DNA of 64,000 nucleotides from the NCBI GenBank assembly GCA_035221665.1, contig CM069140.1, positions 53,940,001-54,004,000 of the forward strand, in the 5' to 3' direction. This document shows positions 38,575-49,169 of the stretch, in pieces. The position numbers and the translations under genes were made by a program. The DNA comes from Okamejei kenojei. Its lineage: Eukaryota. The stretch's first letter is position 1. The number at the start of each line of letters is the position of its first letter. The notes beneath the pieces are model-generated. The model was not told where the DNA came from. It saw only the letters and a program-made list of their open reading frames with translations, and made no database searches.

Positions 38575-39900
38575 GATAATCATAGAATCATGGAATCGTA
38601 GAAAGGTTAGGCCACAGAAGGAGGTCGTTTGGCTTATTGTGCCTGTGCCAGGCCTCTACTCTAGCAATTTACTGGCTCGAACTCCCAGCATCCTAATCCA
38701 GTTTCCTCTTCTGCATTCCTAATCCCAACCACATACCGTGTAAGAAAGGTTTTTTCAGAATACCACTCTTAATTCTCTTTCTCCTTTTATTTGATATCTT
38801 GGACTATTTCTAGTACCTGACCAGACCAGCAATGAGAACTTCTATTCACTATCCAAAATGCCCAAATCTCTCTTCATTTATATACTCCCATTAGGCCTGT
38901 TCTTGGCCTTCTCTACTAAGACATCAGCTTCTTCACTTCGCTTGCATTCACAGTGCCTTATTCCAGGAACCATTCTCATAAATCATATCTGGACCCTCTC
39001 TAATGCCTTAACATCCATCCTCAATAAAGCAACTAGAATTGAACACAATACTGTGGTGAACACAATTCACAGTGGTGAATCTGTGGAATTATCCTCCACA
39101 GAAGGTAGTTGAGACCAGTTCATTGGCTATATTTAAGAAACATAGAAACATAGAAATTAGGTGCAGGAGCAGGCCATTCGGCCCTTCGAGCCTGCACGGC
39201 CATTCAATATGATCATGGCTGATCATCCAACTCAGTATCCTGTACCTGCCTTCTCTCCATACCCCCTGATCCCTTCAGCCACAAGGGCCACATCCAACTC
39301 CCTCTTAAATATGGCCAACGAACTGGCCTCAACTACCTTCTGTGGCAGAGAATTCCACAGATTCACCACTCTCTGTGTGAAATACGATTTTCTCATCTCA
39401 GTCCTAAAAGACTTCCCCCTTATCCATAAACTGTGACCCCTTGTCCTGGACGTCCCCAACATCGGGAACAATCTTCCTGCATCTAACCTGTCCAACCCCT
39501 TAAGAATTTTGTAAGTCTCTATGAGATCACCCCTCAATCTTCTAAATTCCAGCGAGTACAAGCCAAGTCTATCCAGTCTTTCTTCATATGGAAGTCGTGC
39601 CATCCCAGGAATCAGTCTGGTGAACCTTCTCTGTACTCCCTCTATGGCAAGAATGTCTTTCCTCAGATTAGGAGACCAAAACTGCACGCAATACTCCAGG
39701 TGTGGCCTCACCAAGACCCTGTACAACTGCAGTAGAATCTCTCTGCTCTTGTACTCAAATCCTTGGGAGGGAGGCCCTTTATCACAGTTCAGCATGACTT
39801 CTCTGCTTTTATATTCAGTGCTTCCATTGATAAAACCCAGGGTTGTGTATCTTATTAACCGCTTACTCAACCTCTGGAAGTTTTGAGAAGACATCAGTAT
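38575..39900 (-). mobile_element. Old CR1 3' region containing a nested young CR1
   Basis: Tail atcatagaatcatggaatc at 38579; the frame TLGFINGSTEYKSREVML continues at 39780-39870. Confidence 0.65.
39137..39765 (-). mobile_element. Young CR1/HER1-like 3' fragment
   Basis: ORF 39232..39975 C-terminal part GFEYKSREILLQLYRVLVRPHLEYCVQFWSP...WNSLP; (catagaaa)n tail. Confidence 0.95.
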
Positions 39901-40699
39901 CTTAGCATGGGGACCAGCAGGCCACATCGTCTGGTGGACTGGAAGGAGGATGCGTATGGACAGAGAGGCAGTCATGGAAGGAGGTTCCTAAGAAAGTACA
40001 ACCATTGATGGAGCACTGCAACTCCCTGGCATTACACTTCAGCAATGCTATTAATCCACTGGAGGAGAGATTGGTGGACTGCAGTGAAACCACGCACGCC
40101 TCTTTGTGCTCTGTAACCCACTGTTACAATAGCCACATCTTACTTGGCAGTAGGCAAGAGTTTGAGCTTTCTGATGCTGGGTGGTCGCTGCTTGGTCTGC
40201 ACTGGCAGTTGTCATCAGACACTGCATCATTGTTGAGTTTCCAAGCAAGTGAATGGTGTTGGCTACCACATTGAACCTGTAAATGATAAGCTCTCTCAAT
40301 GCAAAGCCTTGAACCAAGTTGGATTGGATTCCGCTGTTTCCCTTGATGACTGTTTTCCTGGCAGACCTCATAATGGACTAAGCGTTTCAGTGTGTACACA
40401 CTTCAGCGTCATCTGTGGTCTGGCTGATCAAAGCCCTTGTTCGTGTCTTCTACAGCAGAACTTGGCTCCACTGCAATTCTTATCCCTCCTCTATGGCTGC
40501 AGAGTACCGTCAATTAATTTGTACCTTTGGCAACAACCGAGTACATGTCTTCATCATCAATGTTTTCTTGTTGCTTCTTCAGGATGCAACTCATGAATAG
40601 ATGAAATGAGAAAGGAACAGTTGTGGTTCAGAATGTGGGAGATGGTATGCTTATACCATTTGTAATTTGTTGCTCTGTTGGGATTGTGGAATGAGGAGT

Positions 40700-41700
40700 T
40701 GGTGCGATATGAGACGGAGAATCAGAAATGGAAATACTATCACCTTCAGTGAATTCTGCCCAAACAGCTGGCCAGATCAAAGGGCTGTTCCACTCATGGC
40801 CAGCACTGGGGTTTGTTCATGCAGGTGTATCCTTTGCACTTATCTTCTGTTGCCATCAATTTGGCAGCATTTTATCCAACAAGTGAGGGGAGAGTTTCAT
40901 CACTGGCATGCAATATGTTTGGGCAAAATGACTGCCATGATTGAATAGCTGCTACATCTGCAACCCCCGGGATGTGGTGCAGAACTTGTGCATTGCATGA
41001 GGATAAAGTGGAAGATATAAACATATGGTGTGAGTCCTGATTGATCCAGATAATTGGTGGGTGAGTAATGGTTTTGTGGCTGAGCACTTAATGGATATTG
41101 CTATTTGAAGATGCATTCACTGAACTTGCTCACTCAGGTCATTGAATTCCATGTGGTAATGCAATGAGGTTATGAGGAATTCACTTCTGGTATTGATCCC
41201 TCTGGATATCTGCTCCAGTACCTTCCATGTACCTTCCAAAGAAACTTACAAAATTCTTAAGGGGTTGGACAGGCTAGATGCAGGAAGATTGTTCCCGATG
41301 TTGGGGAAGTCCAGAACAAGGGGTCACAGATTAAGGATGAGGGGGAAGGAATTCCTTTAGGACCGAGATGAGGAAAACATTTTTCACACAGAGAGTGGTG
41401 AGTCTCTCAAATTCTCTGCCACAGAAGGTAGTTGAGGCCAGTTCATTGGTTATATACTTAAGAGGGAGTTAGATGTGGCCCTTGTGGTTAAAAGGATCAG
41501 GGGGTATGGAGAGAAGGCATGTACAGGATACTGAGTTGAATGATCAGCCATGATCATATTGAATGGCGGTGCAGGCTCGAAGGGCCGAATGACCTACTCC
41601 TGCACCTATTTTCTATGTTTCTAATCCTCTTCCACTAGCACACCTGTTCTTGCCACATCTCAGCTTCCCCTCATGAGATGCACATTTGCTTGAAGCAAAG
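40700..41700 (-). pseudogene. Harbinger accessory Myb/SANT-like DNA-binding gene fossil, convergent with the transposase
   Basis: Minus strand LEQISRGINTRSEFLITSLHYHMEFNDLSEQV (like WEQIAxxVNARS..RTxxQCRKKFNDL) at 41220-41120; DKMLPN*WQQK...HLHEQTP..VLAMSG at 40876-40785. Confidence 0.6.
41240..41624 (+). mobile_element. Young CR1/HER1-like 3' fragment
   Basis: ETYKILKGLDRLDAGRLFPMLGKSRTRGH; tail ttttctatgtttcta. Confidence 0.93.
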
Positions 41701-41804
41701 TTGATCAGTTTCATTTGGTGTTGGCCGTACTCGATATTGGTCCTCTCTGCTGATTCATCCAGTCAACACCCAGTTAGCAGAGGCCGAATGCTGCATTAAC
41801 TTCT

Positions 41805-42152
41805 TAAGTTCTAGCAGCAGAATTAGGCCATTCGCCCCATCATTTTCTCTCCGCCATTTAATCATGGTTGATCTATCTCTCCCTCTCAACCCCATTATCC
41901 TGCCTTCACCGCATAACCCCTGACGCCCTTACTAATCAAGAATCTGTCAATCTACACCTTAAAAATATCCATTGACTTAGTCTCCACAGCCATCGGTGGC
42001 AATGAATTCCACAGATTAACCACTCTCTGACTTAAGAAATTCCTCCTCATCTTCTTTCTAAAGGTACGTCCTTTTATTCAGTGGCTATGGCGTCTGGTCC
42101 TATACTCTCCCACTAGTGGAAACATCCTCTCCACATGCACTCTATCCAGGCT
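41805..42152 (-). mobile_element. CR1 3' fragment (related subfamily)
   Basis: ttaggccattcgccccatc...ggcaatgaattccacagattaaccactctctg. Confidence 0.8.
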
Positions 42153-42649
42153 AAAAATAATTTAAATCAGCACACTACAGGTAGTTGGTGTGCTACCTGC
42201 ATTGCATTTGATTCACATGAGTTAAATCACTCATCACATTCCTCATGCTTATTAGTGGGAGCAATCCAACGCAGTCATCTGATTAGCTCTTCTCCCTGAC
42301 CATAGAAGTGAAGGGCTTTTTAATTGAAATTAATATTATTTGATTATAGTCACTGTAAATAATTGTCCCAGATGCTATCTCCTCCAGATCTTGATACTTG
42401 GACCATTTCAGAACGTTAGTATATTTTTGCATATTAAACTTGCAAAAGGAGTACAGTGAGAATATAAATTAAATGGCATTGCCATAGGAGAGAGAGTGGG
42501 GAGGATTGTTCTGTGTAAACTGGAACAAAGCGTACAGAGTACAATGTTCAGTAACAGAAAGCTAATTAGTCTTTGAAGTAAATGTGGCCATAAGGAAAGT
42601 GTGCCAAAAGCAGCAAAAGCTAATGAATCTGTGCACATGATTAGGTGTC

Positions 42650-43290
42650 AGAGTTAGCTCAGTGGTCAACCACTTTTTTTCTGAGTGGGTTCATGTTCTT
42701 CTTCAGAGACTATTGAACACATAATCTAGATTGACCAGTGCAGTTATGGGGCTATTCAAGTCAAGATTTATCCTCAGTCACAGGCGTTAAAGTTAGTAAG
42801 TTTGGCAATACCTAATTTAATTTCAGTTTAGTTTAGAGATACAGTGTGGAAATAGGCCCTTCGACCCACTGAGTCCGCACCAATCAGCGATCCCCGAATA
42901 TTAACATATCCTATACACATGAGGAACAACTTTACATTTATACCAAGCCAACTAACCTACAAATCTGTACACAGTTGTACACAGGTTAGCTATCACATTA
43001 GCTGTCATGTTTCTCCTCATTACCATCATAATTTAATTTTATTGTCTATTCTGTTTCAGTTTGGTTTATTGTCATGTGTACCGAGGTACAGTGAAAATCT
43101 TTGGTTGAGTGCTAACCAGTCAGTGGAATTACAATCAAGCCATTTACAGTGTATCGATACATGATAAGAGAATAACTTGTAGTGCAAGGTAAAACCAGTG
43201 AAGTTCAATCAAAGATATTCCGGATGTTTTAGAGTACCATGAGATGTCTTAAGGTTGTGAAAGTTGCTATATGAATTCAAATTCCTTTTG
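42650..43290. mobile_element. Nested old DeuSINE, V-SINE tail (42825-42975, minus) and LINE 3' UTR (43050-43220, minus)
   Basis: ttagctcagtgg...cagagactattgaacacataatctag head; gtttagagatacagtgtggaaataggcccttcg SINE tail; tttattgtcatgtgtaccgaggtacagtgaaaa LINE tail. Confidence 0.6.
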
Positions 43291-43321
43291 TTTATGACAA
43301 GATGCTGGTACACTTGGGGTA

Positions 43322-44178
43322 TAGAATCATAGTATCATAGAAAATAGGTGCAGGAGTAGGCCATTCAGCTCTTCGAGCCTGCACCGCCATTCAATATGAT
43401 CATGGCTGATCATCCAACTCAGTATCCTATCTGCCCATACCCCCTGATCCCTTTAGCCACAAGGGCCACATCTAACTCCCTCTTAAATATAACCAATGAA
43501 CTGGCCTGAACTACCTTCTGTGGCAGAGAATTCCACAGACTCACCACTCTCTGTGTGAAAAATGATCTTCTCATCTCGGTCCTAAAAGACTTCCCCCTTA
43601 TCCTCAAACTGTGACCCCTTGTTCTGGAGTTCCCCAGCATCGGGAACAATCTTCCTGCATCTAGCCTGTCCAACCCCTTAAGAATTTTGTAAGTCTCTAT
43701 AAGATCCCCCCTCAAGCTCCTAAATTCCAGCGAGTACAAGCCGAATCTATCCAGTCTTTCTTCGTATGGAAGTCCTGCCATCCCAGGAATCAGTCTGGTG
43801 AACCTTCTCAGTACTCCCTCTATGGCAAGAATGTCTTTCCTCAGATTAGGAGACCAAAACTGTACGCAATACTCCAGGTTTGGCCTCACCAAGACCCTGT
43901 ACAACTGCAGTAGAACCTCCCTGCTCTGGTACTCAAATCCTTTTGCTATGAATGCCAACATACCATTTGCTTTCTTCACAGCCTGCTGCACCTGCATGCC
44001 TACTTTCAATGACTGGTGTACCATGACACCCAGGTCTCGTTGCATCTCCCCTTTTCCTAATCGGCCACCGTTCAGTTAATAGTCTACCCTCCTGTTTTTT
44101 CCGTCAAAGTGGATAACCTCACATTTATCCACATTATACTGCATCTGCCATGCATTTGCCATGCATTTGCCCACTCAC
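43322..44178 (-). mobile_element. Young 5'-truncated CR1/HER1-like LINE
   Basis: ORF 43419..44045 (QRDLGVMVH...LVRPNLEYCVQFWSP...WNSLP). Confidence 0.95.
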
Positions 44179-44676
44179 TATAGAACAGAAATTTGATCAA
44201 AATCTTCTGGCATTGGAAGCATCTGGGAAAGGAGAAACTAAGAGCTATGCAAGGACATGATATCCCTGTTCTTATTTATGTTTAGATGAATTGGATGACC
44301 GGGTTGAAATATTTACTATTTCACAGGATATAGGTGAATTAAACTCAGGCAATGTATTAGTGATTTCCAAAAATATAGAAACAGAAAAACAAGCTCAATT
44401 TAGAAGAAGAAATATACATCAATAATTTATTTATTCAGTAACTGGGTGAATAAAGAAAAAATGAAGAACAAAATTCAAAGATGCTAGAAATCTGAAATAT
44501 AAACTGAAAATAAGGACACACTCAGCCGGCCAAGCAACATCTGTGGAACCAGAGTTAATATTTCAGGTCAAACACCCTTCAACTGAGGAATACAGAATTT
44601 TAAGGCATGAATGGGCAAAGGTGGAAAAGAGGATGTAGCATTGAAGTAATTAATGGAAAAAGTCCATTCCTCTGGA

Positions 44677-44990
44677 GCAGCACAGTGGCACAGCGGTAAT
44701 GTTGTTGCCTTCCAGCACTAGCGGCCCCAGAGGCCCGGGTTCGATCCCGACTACAGGTACAGTCTGTACGGAATTTGTATATTCTCCCCCTGACCGCGTG
44801 GGTTTTCTCTGAGCTCTTCGGTTTCCACCCACACTCCAAGAATGTACAGGATTGTAAGATAATTGGCTTGTTATAATTGTAAATTGTCCCTAGTGTTGGT
44901 GTAATGTTAGTGTGTGGGGATCGCAGGTCGGTGCAGATTCGTTGGGCCGAAGGGTCTGTTTCCGTACTGTATATCTAAAATTAAAAAACA
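44677..44990 (+). mobile_element. Full-length HE1-like V-SINE
   Basis: A box GTGGCACAGCGG, B box GGTTCGATCCC, V core, and CR1-like tail GGGCCGAAGGGTCTGTTTCCGTACTGTAT. Confidence 0.88.
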
Positions 44991-45015
44991 AAATCCAATC
45001 AGGAGGGAACATGAG

Positions 45016-45151
45016 GTGGGAGATTGCAACCTTCACGTGGTCCGCCCTGTTTCGACAAATGCAATCAACCAGGCGTGCACAATCAAATGAGATCAAATAG
45101 AACAAGTTGTCCGACAGCTTTAGGCTGTGCACGCCATACGCAAGAAGAAGA
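45016..45151 (+). mobile_element. Short retroposed element with (GAA)n tail and perfect 15-bp TSD (Ingi/Vingi-like 3' end, tentative)
   Basis: AGGAGGGAACATGAG at 45001-45015 and 45152-45166; ends CGCCATACGCAAGAAGAAGAA. Confidence 0.75.
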
Positions 45152-48100
45152 AGGAGGGAACATGAGTAGAGCTAAGAAACACAAAGGAGAAATCACTTTT
45201 CCATGAGTGGATTATAGGCCTCCAAACATTCAGCAGGAGATAGAGAAGCAGATAGGACTGCAGTGCCATGTTGGGTTAAGATGTGTGGAACCTGTGTCAC
45301 GTATGCAACAGCAGGTAATGGGTGATGGCTGGGTTATAGAAAAGCCATGGGACATATCAGTCTTTATTTTTATAGTCAGGTTCTGTTTATCGTCTGCTTA
45401 TGATTGTACCCAGAATGGCTACTCTTTTTCTCAACCTGGTTAGTGGATCTGCTATAGTTTGCACAGCAGAGTATCTGCCAGACTAAATTAATTTTTCATA
45501 CCAAACGATGGCAAATAAAATCTGAGTGATCGTGCTGCCGTTTAGCAAGTGAACGAGGAGTGGTGGAGATGTGGAGAAGGGTGTCACAGCCAAAGAGGAT
45601 CATTTGAAAGCTGGAGAAATATATTTGGAATAAAAAAAGAGAACGCATCGAGACAGCAGCTTTGAAAAAACACCTGAAAATTAAAAAGGAAGGAACCATA
45701 TTGTGACAATGTGATATATTTTTTCCCAACAGGAGCTATTCTTATAACCTCGTCAGATACTTATCAACTGTCTGGATTTATTTCTTGCAGTGTCACATCC
45801 TGCAACTAGAAAAATTAACGGCTTATCCCTGTGGCTGATGCAACAGTCTTCAGGCGGAATTTGGTATCTCAGATTGAATCAGCCTTAAAGCTATGAAACA
45901 CTATAATTAAAAAAACATAACTTGTAGAATGTTGTTGGTTGCACAGACATTACTGATTCCACTGTCGCCATACACAATAAGCGAATACTTTCCTTTTAAT
46001 GGGACTGATCTGATAAAGGGACCACTGTGAGTTTGCTCCCATTAGAAACTATCTTCTGTGTTTGTTCAATAAATAGAGGCACTTTGAGACATTGCACTAA
46101 ACAATAAAGGACTAAGAGGAAGCACTATTGACAAACAATGCATTTCAGAATTTAATTAGAGCCAACCATTTTCCCCCAAACTGTTATCTTGATTTTTTTG
46201 CAAATTAAGACAAACAAAATAAGCATTGATAAAACAGTACTTTTAAATTTTTCTTTATTTGCATTTCCAAGCAAACTGCTAATATTACTAAAGCAGATAA
46301 ATGACAGTGGGTCATCACTGTCATATAAATAATCAAAGAGCAGGGGTCCCAACCCCTCCCCCCCCCCCCCCTTCCCACCCTATGTACCTTCCTTACTGAG
46401 TATTGTGTGTTGTGTCCTAGCCAATTCAATCCATTACCAAATTACTCTCCAATTATTCTGATATAAAGATAAATCACAACATGGGCTGTTTTTTTTGTGA
46501 GCACTCTAAAGAAATTGTCTTCTTCAAGATCAGTTTTCAAATAGTTATAAAGAATCATGATTAATGTTCAGTTATTTTTTGTATTTTTTGTTTAAATGGT
46601 GAATGGAACTGTATTGGAGAAAGCCACGAAACCCACAAATGAAAGGAAGTTGATTGCAGTCGGCCATGTGCATGTTAATCACTTTGGCTTCCACTGTCAA
46701 ACCAGTATCATCTTGCACTCACAGTCTTACAGCGTTAGCCTTTTTTAATGTATCTTTTAACTTTGCTACTACAAAGTGCACAAAAGGTATTTCAGATTGA
46801 CTGGCATGCTGAATTTTCTACCTAGTTTTATCATAGATCAGAAGCTCATTATTTCACTACATGGCAAATCACACCCTGGGAGGAACGCCAAGGCAGATCT
46901 GCTTGTGACGACTCTTGGCATGGCGTGTTTATGATTCAGTTTGCCATTATCATTGTTTTCTAAAAGTACGGGACATGGTGAATGATAAGTCATTAGATTG
47001 TCTTGTTTCATCAACTACAACAAGAAAATTTTGTAGTAATAATGGACTGCTACTCGGAGGAAGAATAGAACGAGCAGCACCAAGCATTTTCCTTCCATGA
47101 GCAAGGAGTCCCTCACTAATCTGTTCTCAATTCAGGAGGATATTTGTCAATACAATGTCTTCATAGTGTAATCTATTGATGAGCAACTTCACTCGCATTT
47201 TTATATCTCTAACAGTATGAATGCAGATAATGTCATTTACAGTTTTTTACTTATCGCAGTCTTATTAGTACAATCTCTGTCGCTCATAAATAATACAGAT
47301 GATGCTGCCTGATATGTGTCCTTTCCACAAAGAATATAATTGATATATTGTGCATGAGATGCTGGACTTATGAATCCATCTGAAGGATAAATTGTTTTAT
47401 TGAATATTTGACAGATAAGACCATATCTAGAGTATCAGGCAGATAAGCACTTCAAGGTGAGACTAAAGCAGATTACTGGTGAGGAGAAGTAGTGGGGGGG
47501 GGGGGGGGGGGTGGGGGTGGGGGTGAATGTGCTGTTGGGGTGGGGAGGTTGTGCAATGATGTAATGGTGGGGAATGAAGGACGGCGGTGGATAATTGAAT
47601 TGATAAATATGGTCGTAGTCATGGGTGGCTGTATAAATGCTTCTGTTTATTGAGAGCAGTAAGGATTATTAACGTTTGAAATATGATGGGACGCAGTTCC
47701 AAGGTCAGAATTACTTTACATAAGACGCGATACCAATACGTTGCAATGATCTTTGATAGCTCAAAGCCATAGCAATGTCCCAGTTGCCATGTGCAGCATT
47801 TGATGCATCATTCCACAAATATCGCCAAATAGATACATTTTTTACCTTGCACCCTCAGGTCTTTGAATGTATGTTGTGAGTATTCTATTGCAAGAAAAGG
47901 TGAACCAGATCAGCCAGTTACTGGTATGGGTTGTATCATTTTATTACTGAAAACATAACGATTAGTGAGAAGGTGCCCGGTGAAAGCCGCAGACTTTGAA
48001 ATCTGGCTAGCCTCTAAATGAAAGCAGCTGGATTCAGCAGGGAGCTGTCTCTCACATGTGGTGGAGCAAAAGGATAAAACGTACGGCTGTTAAAAATAAC

Positions 48101-49169
48101 ACGTTAATGATTACATTTTTTCCTTCCTGAGGAAAAAATTATTAGAAAGAATTATTACCATCAAGGATACTTTTCCAATAAAAAGAAGAAAACCATTCAT
48201 TCATAATTTATATCCTCAATTACTATTAATAAAAAAATTTCTGTGGGGAATCGTCTGGAATTACATATAACATTGCATTAACTTTTGGTTTAACATTTTC
48301 TTCCCACATTATAAAATTAATAGAGATATGTAGTGCTGACTTTTTCATGACAATATGATATGAATATAATATTCTACTTGTATATTCAGCATATTATAAT
48401 ATGCAAGTCAGGATGTAGATATAATAAGATTAGAATTTATTTGAGAGATTATTACTGACCGAGAAATGTGTTAGTCTATGCTTGCTTCTGCAATTCCTGG
48501 GGACTCCACTCCACAATCTGAAAGGCAACACCAAGTGGTGTGGTGGCAAAATTACTCCATAAAAACTGGATTCACAGTTGAGCCGCAGGTCAGGAAATAG
48601 GAGCCAGGGTCTTGGTGGCAAATGAAAATGTTGCATGGCTTTTGAAAAGCATTGCTTTGGGATGTTAGAGTTGAAGCAAATTAAATCCTACCCTACATTT
48701 ATAAGGGGCCACCTGCATGTATGTGCAGCTGGCATCAGTATGGAACCCAGTGGGTATGTAATGATATAATCAGATTGTAACACACCTGTGTGCCCAACAT
48801 CTCTTTCTTTCTTTGATAGCATTCAAAAAATGCACCTCTTGCTCTTTCACATAATGTTTTATAGACCCATTTTGTCTCCGTTCTTTTTCTAATGGGGAAA
48901 ATGTCCTCCACATCACCTTATATTCAGGCAAATAATGTCCAGGACCTATCACATGACAAGGGTAATCTAATTCAAAAGTCATATCCAATTCGAAAGCCAG
49001 GCCAGAAACTACAGTGTATTCTGCTCATGGCTTCCCCTTCCTCTTTGTCCAATCTATTGTAAATAATAAATGGAGATAAGGAGGAATCTGTGGAGTTGAT
49101 TGCCACAAATGGCTGTGGATACCAAGTCATTCGGTATTTTAAAAACAGAGATTGCTGGGTCCTTGATTA

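Noticed and set aside
44677-44760. Possible tRNA gene
   Set aside because: The A and B boxes belong to a tRNA-derived SINE head; there is no complete cloverleaf and it continues into the SINE body
7723-47550. Poly-G/poly-C tracts (about 7723, 8485, 15176, 46358, 47494) as functional G-quadruplexes
   Set aside because: Simple homopolymers with no supporting context, and their lengths are prone to sequencing error
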